The position numbers and the translations under genes were made by a program. 32,325 nucleotides of DNA from a virus (Duplodnaviria > Caudoviricetes): the IMG/VR virus record IMGVR_UViG_3300010149_000076, positions 1 to 32,325 of that record; one strand, given 5' to 3'. Every line of letters begins with the position of its first letter. Within the stretch, counting starts at the first letter, position 1. Positions 18,901 through 27,900 of this stretch are shown piece by piece. The notes below the pieces were generated by a model that worked only from the letters and a program-made list of their open reading frames with translations, searched no databases and was not told the origin of the DNA.

Positions 18901-21900
18901 CTTCAAAGGTTTTTGCTGAAGAAATGCCAGTAACTGGATATACATAATCACCACTACTTCCATCTGGGAAGATTGTAGTTGTTCCTGCTCCACTAGAACA
19001 TGAGAATTCTAGACCCAAAAGATGAACATGAGTTCCAGATCCATAAAGATTATGTGGAGTATTAGTTGTAATTTTTAAAATACCAGTTTTGTCATCGTAT
19101 AGTGAAGTGCTGATACTAACAGCTTTATTACTGAATGTTGATACACCAGATAAAGTTGCTATAGATCCACCAGCACCAACAAATGGTTTAACTTTAGAAC
19201 CTACTAATGGTGCATAACCAAGACCACCTGTAGATGCGAGAGAAATCACAATTCCACCTCTTGGTATCTGATTCTGGTTTACATCAGATTCGGATATAAT
19301 TACATCATCAGTTCCTGATCTAGTAATACCGGTAAAAGTTACACTTGAAATACCCGTATTAGAATCAGAAGCAAAATTGTAATTATTACCTATATTATTA
19401 ACAGTATCTGGAGTTTGGAAAATATCATTAATGAATACTAAGTTACTTCCGGGTTCCAAACCTAGAGTATTTTTATCTTCACGTTTTACTGAGAAAGTTC
19501 TACCAATTCCATTAAATCCTAAAGAAATGTCATCATAAATCTTGTTACCTGTATAATCATTTCTCAAATAAACTCTACCATTAAATGATGATTTTGGTAG
19601 AGCAAGAGCACTTGCATTTAATCTATCATTATTACCCTTACCATCAGGCGCTTGGGTGAAATAAATTTTATTGCCAACTATATTGAAAGCACCTTTATAG
19701 ATTCTTACTTCTGATCCATCCTGATGATTTGTGGCAGCAGATCCCACAAATCCTCTCGAAACTTGAATAACTGGGAACGTTCCAATTCCAGTGATTGGAC
19801 CTGTATTTGTTGTTCCTAATCCAACATTCTGAATTTCTAAGAATTCATTATCAACTTTAAGAATATCTCTAGGTCTAATAGAGGAAATTCCTGAAAGCGA
19901 CAGGAAAGTTGCACCGACTCCAATTGATCCACCACCATTATTTTGTAAATTAAATACTAATGGGGTATACATTAATGGATATTGTGTAACACCATCAACG
20001 GTAATTAATGATTTTTCAAGTTTTTTCTTCATCTCTAACTTGTGGCGATTACCAGATCCACTATTAGTATATGTGAATCCAATGCCACTACCACCTGCGG
20101 TTCCAGTTAACTTGAAACTATCTTTTGATACTCTGATAGCAAATACCTTTTCAGGCATAATGTCGGTGGTTATACCAGTAGTATGCGTTCCCCTAAATGT
20201 GGATCCTGTAGAAACATTTGATATTTCTACAGACCAGTTTGAAGTATCTGTGAAATAAATTCTATTGTCTCCACCACTAATATTAACAGATGCTGTGATA
20301 GAATTAATTCCAACAGCAAATACTGATCCTATACTGGTATTATCTCCAGAAAATATTCCTGCTCCAACTTTAATGAGTGATGTATTCGCAATACCAGTAA
20401 TTACACTAGATCCTGCACCGATAACATCACCAACAAAATAAGTATTAAAGGTTTGAATACCTACTATAGTTGTATTTGCTGGGATTCCTGTTCCAAATAT
20501 TTTAGCATTTGTTGTGAGACCTTCAGAATTTGCAATACCAGTAATAGTGGAAAATCCAGTTGCTACAATATCACCAGTAAATATTGTTCCATTAACAACA
20601 GTAGTTCCAATTCCAACTGAGGATGGATCAATACCAATTAGAGATGACGATGGGGTATAAATTAATTCTTCACCAGTTTCGAAGAAGTGGTCAGCAATAT
20701 TAAAAACACCACTAGATTGATTTAATATTGAAGAGGTTGATGGATTAAAAGTTTTTTCAAAAATAGGAACTCTCTTATAGTTTAAATCAAAATCAATTTT
20801 ATCTTTTCCAAATTCATTAAGTGAACCATAAAATGCATTCGAAATTCCTTCGCGTAAATTACCAACTTCAAAGTCTACCGGAAAGTTAAATTCATCAATA
20901 TCTGCATATATGTGTTGATTATATGATTGTAATGAAATTTCATCAGATAAAAATTCAGTATCTGGATGGAACTTGACTATTGCGATAGATCCATCCATTT
21001 CCTGAGAAAATGTTCCAATTCCAGAATTGGTTCCAATATTCATAAATGGTGATTGTTGAATATTGACTCTAGATTGATCGGCAACTATTGATAAGTTATG
21101 GATGGATGTAGTATCACCAATAGAAACTTTAATAATAGATTTTTGAGTAAATTGTAACGTAGTGTCAAATTGGAATACTGTTGATATGCCAGTAATTGTT
21201 GATATTTGAGAATCAAACTTAGCAGTTCTTTCAGTTCCTGGAATTTGTCCGTCAACAAGATAATGATATGTTCCAACACCGGCAGCAGTAGATCCAATAC
21301 CTACAGTCTTTGTTTTGACCATCAAATTACTATTAATGTCATTTTCAAATGACAATGAGATAATTCCACCAGAAACATTTAATCCAAATGTACCAATATT
21401 CTGACCAGAAAATTGTTGTAATGGTAGAGTATCATAGTAAAATTCTGATATATGAGTATCTGAACCATCATAATGTGCTACTACTTCAAAGTAGTTCATT
21501 CTGTTAGTATCAGTATCCAAAACTTGAGCAACTGTATATGTGGTATCATAATCACTAGATAGTGCTCTGAATACATCGGTTTTAAAACCAACTAATCCAC
21601 TATTATCTGCAGGTCCGAGAGCGTTAGATCTGGCATCAATTCTAACACAACCAAATTCTGTAAATCCAATACCAATTGTAGGAGTAAATGACTCTCTATA
21701 AACTTTTAAATTGTAATTAAAATCATTTGGATTTGAGGGATCAAATACTAATGTTGGATCTCCACTGGCAGCAAAGTCGCCACTAAATTCTCCAAGTTTG
21801 TTATCCGTAAATAAATCAAGTTTATTGAATGTATATGTGTTATCATAATCATTTAATATAATAATCTCACTAAGTTGAGTGCTCTGCTTATTCTCATCCG

Positions 21901-24900
21901 TTACTTGAACAATAAATTTAGAATAAAAATCGGTAATTGGATATTCAACAGCCTCAACAATATTATCTTTATTAAATTCTGCACTAGAGAATCTTCCACT
22001 GATGTCGTCAATTTGAAGAACTCTATTCGTTCTACATTCAATAAAATCAGCAAGTCTTTTATTTTTAAAGATTATAAATCTTGAACTATCAGAAGTTGCC
22101 TCATAATCTTGAACTAAGTCATATGAAGGTATAGTATCTACTCTCAAGTCTGATACAAGGTCAATAACAGGTGAGACGAAGGAATCTGATACTCCAATAG
22201 CAACACTTGCTTTTCCTATGACTTCAGTATCTGAAAAGTTTTTCATTCCTATAGGGTGGACATGCTTATTGACAAAATCTTTTGTTTGATTAAATGTCTT
22301 TACACTCTTTATAGTATACGAAAGATTTTGATAATAATCATTATCAGGTAACACCTGTAAACTATTATTCAATTGACCAATAGAATTTTTCCATCCAAAG
22401 TTTTTCGGACTAGAATAATCAACTGAGAATCTGCCTTCATAATCTTTAATAGATTCAACTACTGCAGGAATTCCTGAGAAAACACCTTTAATCCTTTCTC
22501 CAATTTTTAAATCATAATCACCAGATACCTTAATTAAGTTTTTCTCAACAACTGTAACTTTCAAATCAATCTCTTCATTCTGTATCGATAATTTTTCGCC
22601 TAAAAAGAATAAACCAGTAACTCTATTGAGTTTAAAGGATGGAAGATTCTCTTTTTTAACAATTGAAGTGAAAGATGATTGTAGTTCTACTGGTGTTCCT
22701 GCATCAGTTGTAAACTCACTTATATCAAATCTTAAGATAGCTGGATTTGAATTAATAAACTCTGTAACTCTGAATAGGTTAAAACCATTATCTTCAGAAT
22801 TAAATCCAGTTCCTGGTGTAGTTACATTACCGATATCATCGGTAAAAGATTGTCTCCGTAATCCTTCAACAAAAATTCTATCACCTTCTCTAAATGGTGG
22901 AGTATTGAATCCATCGATAGGTGGCGTACTCATTTCTAAAGTTACAATACCACCACTATAGGTTTTAATCTTTTCTACCTGAATACCATTACTATTTCTA
23001 ATTGGGAAAAGTTTATGTTGAACAGAATTCAATCCTCTCGGTTCTTGAATAATATCAACTCCAACAATAGTATTACCAGTAAAATCTGCTTTTAAAATAT
23101 ATTTTGAAGGATCTACTTTCTTTTTTGTAAACATATCAACCACAACCAAATCTGGTGGTGATAAGTAATTTCTACCACCATCAAGAACAGTGATTGATTC
23201 AATTTTATCAGAACCAGTTAAGGTTATCAATTTTGATATATTTGCTTCTGGTCTTAAAGTATTATCAGCAGCATATTCAAATCCTTCATTGACTATTCTA
23301 TAGTTGTTTAATTTTCCTATAGTAGTTGTAGTAGGTCGAATATTCGCACTATTTCCAACACTACTTGCAGTTCCAATAACAACATCAGAAATAACAGGTA
23401 ATCTTGAATAATTAGATCCTGGAGAAAGAATTCTAATATCTTCAATTGGACCAGATGCATTCAAAGAATTGGTTGTATAACTTAAAATATCAACATCATC
23501 TTGAGTGTAATTTAATTTTTCTGGAACTACTGTAGGTGAAATATTAAATGTAGTTGCTCCAATACCAAAAACTTTATATGTTGAATTATATTTACTATCA
23601 ACATAAACTATTTCTGAATAATCGACTACCTCTTCATCTGGTTTGATAGATATACCATTTTTCTCAAAAGAATAATATAATTTCGTTGGCAAATTATCAT
23701 TATATGTAACCGTATAAGATGATGATAATCCGGTAGAAACTACTTGCTCAATAACACTGAATGATGATGTTGATCCTGTAGAAACGAATTGGTTATTTAA
23801 TTCTTTATCATAGAAGAATTTGAATGAATATTCATCCAGCGATGTATCGGAAACATCAAAAACGATATTATTATTTTTAAATACTTCAATTTGTGGATTT
23901 AAAAGACTAATTTGTTGACCCGAACCACCAGTGCTAGCAATACTGACGTTTATTGGTGGATTAAACTTAGTATCATTTATTGTTTTAGACAGTTTAAATA
24001 TATTGTCATTAACTCTATAGATAAAATATCCAGATGTTGTCAATCCTGAAGCAACATCATTACTTGAACTATAAAAAATCTTTTGACCAGTTTTAAATCC
24101 ATGATTATTGATCGTAAACGTATTGTCATTGATATTAACTTTATCTGAACCAAATCCTACAGGATTGATTAGAATTTTATTATAAGTTGAATCATATCTA
24201 ATTTGAACTGATGTTTCTGTCCCAACACCAACAGACAATCTTGGTTTAATTAATAATTCAACTTCATCATTTGTTTTTAAATTGTGTATAGTTGAAATTG
24301 ATACTTGAGTTTTAATTTTTTGAACATCTGCTGTTATTTCATTGAATTTAGTCTTAAGAGAATATTCAAAATTATTATTGGTAATTGCATCTGTAGAAAC
24401 AAAATACAATCCATTAGTTGTAGTTGTTAATCCAACTTGAGTCGTGAGACCGATATAATCTTTTCCTTTATTAATAACATAAAGAGTTTGATTTATTCCA
24501 TTTTCTGGAATTGTGAAACTAGTATCAGTTGTTTCAGTTCTAACAGATAGTCCAGTAACTCCACCAGGTAATCTAAGTTCTATCGTTTGATTAGATTTAA
24601 ATTGATGATTTGGGAGATATATTGATTGAACTGGGACTGAAACAGTTTTTGCAGATTTTCCTAGATGATAATTTATATCTGTTGATGTACCTGTCTGTAA
24701 TCCAACACCTACGCTAAAAAATGGGTTGAAAAAAGTATCAAGATTTTTAGTAGAATCGAAGTGCTCAGTAACTAAAGGTAAAACAATAGATCTATTTTTT
24801 ACTTCAATAATGTCGGATACTGTATGTGAAGTTCCAACAGATCCACGTTTTACTCTTAAGATATTTTCTTCTGGAAAAACATTTAATACTGAAAGAGTTT

Positions 24901-27900
24901 CTGTTCCAATTCCAATTGATGTGCCTGCACCAATAATTGGTGGTATGGAAGAAACATATATGTCAGTTCCTATACCAGTATTTTGAGTAAGAACTTCAGT
25001 CAATCTAGTAAATTCTGAAGTTACTCCTATAACATGAGATCCAACTACATTATTAATAAAGGTAGATATTCCTGAAACTTGGATTATATCACCATCATTT
25101 AATTCATGTGTAGTATTTGTGTGAAACTTGACTGTTTCTGGTGTTTCTCTTACTAAAATAGCATCTGCATATTTTAAGTATTGAGTTGTTATTGAATGAA
25201 TTGGTTGTCCACCAATCCTAGAAACCTCAGCAGAAGAACCACCACCGCCAGTTCCGGAAAGATCATATACCAGAGAATTGCCAATCTTATAATCTTCACC
25301 ACCATTTGTAATTACAAATCCATCGATAGAACCTTTAGATGTAGATGTAACTCGTGTAATTTGTTGAATTGGAGAATTTGATTCGAAAAGAAAATCTCCA
25401 CCAGAATAAGGTTTGCCAGTTCTATATGGGAAAGTATTTCTAACAAGATCTGAATTGTTAAAATCGAATGTTTGATTTAAAACTTCAGTAGATACTTTTG
25501 ATCTATAAGTATCTCCAATAAAATATGGGAATTTTGGATCTAATTTTCCAGTTGATATGTTTGTTGATACTCCAACAAAATATGCGTATACTCCATTTGG
25601 AAATTCTGGTGTTTTTGTATATCGTCCATTATGACTATCAAGATCACCACTATCATTAAATACATAATCTTCAATAAAATATCCAAGTTCAAAAACATCT
25701 GTAGAAGGTCTATTTTCAATATTATTGGGAGATTCTTTATAACCAGTTTCTATTCTTCTAGTTACTGAATTATTATCATTGGGATCATCAAATCCATATG
25801 GTCCATAAATTGGATTTCCATCATTTGCCCATCCAATAACTTTAGAATGTTCGTCCTCACTATTAGAATCTAAGAAAGTTGTTCCATCACGATCCGTTGA
25901 GTAACCGACAATACCATAAGATAGATTATCATTATACTCAATTAACAATTCATCAGAGAATCTTTTTAAATTATTAACTCTCAAATGTCTCACATTAGAT
26001 TCTAATACAACATTTTTTCCGGGTGGTTTTACTTTAATAGATGTTTTGGCATCTGTATATCCAGTTCCCGAATTGATAATGATGACATCTTTGATTCTAC
26101 CATTTTTAACTACTGCCCTCATCTTAGCGCCTACACCATCACCAACAATTTCTAAATCTGGCGAAGCAGTGAAAAATTTACCTCCATTCTGCACATCAAC
26201 GGCAATAATTCTTCCTCTCTTCATGATTGCCTTTAATTGAGCACCTAAACCAGTCTTAACTGTAACTACAGGATTTCTATGAAAATTTAAAATATTTGAT
26301 CCATAATTAGATCCTTTTTCGTAAACATATGCATTTACAATAGACCCTCTAACAACTGGTGTTGCCAGAATAGTATTAGCAATACCAGTTCCAGATCCGT
26401 ATTCGGCATTAATTACAACTTTAATTGGTGGATATGAAAATGATTGATATCCTTCACCAGAAGTGCTTCCAAAACTTACATAATTTCTTCTATTGTAATC
26501 TGTTACAGCACCTCCAACTGCCGTTGCCAATTTAAAACTGGCATCGTCTACCTTAAGAATTCTATATTGAATTGAACTTGATAGACCAGAAATACTAGAT
26601 GTTTCAAAATTATAATCAACTAAGTCCCCATCATTAAATCCATGATCTTCAAAATTAATTTTGCTTTCTAATGTAGAAATACCAATTGGACTTACTTGCA
26701 AATTCCTATTTTCATATCCATATCCGGGATTTAATACTTTAATTTCGGAAACTACATTTTGCTCATCATAAGTTCTAAATTTATGAATTCCTCCAGTACC
26801 AATTGTTGTGAATCCAACTGTATTGATACCCGAATTATATTCATCAATATTTCTATAAAGATATATTGATCGAGTATTAATAATCTGAGGATAGTATATT
26901 CCACCATTCACAAGAGTTTCATTTTGATCTAAATTTGATGCATTAAACGATCCAATTCCTAACGGTGAATTTCCATTAGAACTGTATACAAGTCTTTGAC
27001 CATCAACAATATTGTGAAAATCTTCAAATGTCAACGTATCATTGTCAATGTCGATACCACCAGTTATAGCAACGCCAACTCTCGATGCGTTAAAATCAAT
27101 ATCTCTAAACTGTTTTGATACAACTGCTTCTAGTAAAGCATCCTTACCATTACCACCATATACATTGGTTGATAATACTCTATTGATACTAAAATTCTGT
27201 GGATCAACTTTTACTTCTTTTATACTTCCACTAACTACTGCTTGTGCTTTTGCAGTTATCCCAGAACCAACTGATGGGTCGGAAATTTCAATGAATGGTG
27301 GATTGATTACATCATAATCTGTTCCACCATTTAAAACTTTAATATTTTCTATTGGACCATAATATACTCTATCATCTGATTTATAACTATGAACTTCAAC
27401 ACCATTAATTAAAATACCAACCTGACCAGAATTTGTTGGAGTATCAGTTCCAGATTCAATGTTAGTTACTAATGGTATTTTAGTTAACGAATTTTTTTGT
27501 TTTAGAGTTTTTCCGTATTGCTGCTTTAATGTGAATAAGTGAGAAGTTAATGTATTGAATTCTGTTTTATGGAATTGAACAGTTTGATCAGTTCCAATAA
27601 AAGATCTGGCATTGTAAAGTTTTATTCTATTACTTCTTGCAGGATTAATGTCTTTAATAACTTCAACATAATAATTTCTTTCAAGTTCTAATCCAACAAT
27701 TGGATCTCCACTTCCACTGTATATTACCTCATCACCAGTGATAAATGGCACATCAACATCTATTGAGAAGATTGAATACTTTCCTGTTGTTGGAACGAAT
27801 CCTTGAAATATATTATCTAAATTAGTAGATGAATCTATTTCAATCAGTGAGCTAGATATATTTTTTTGTATTGTATAGTCTGGGAGAGAGTTTGATGCAA

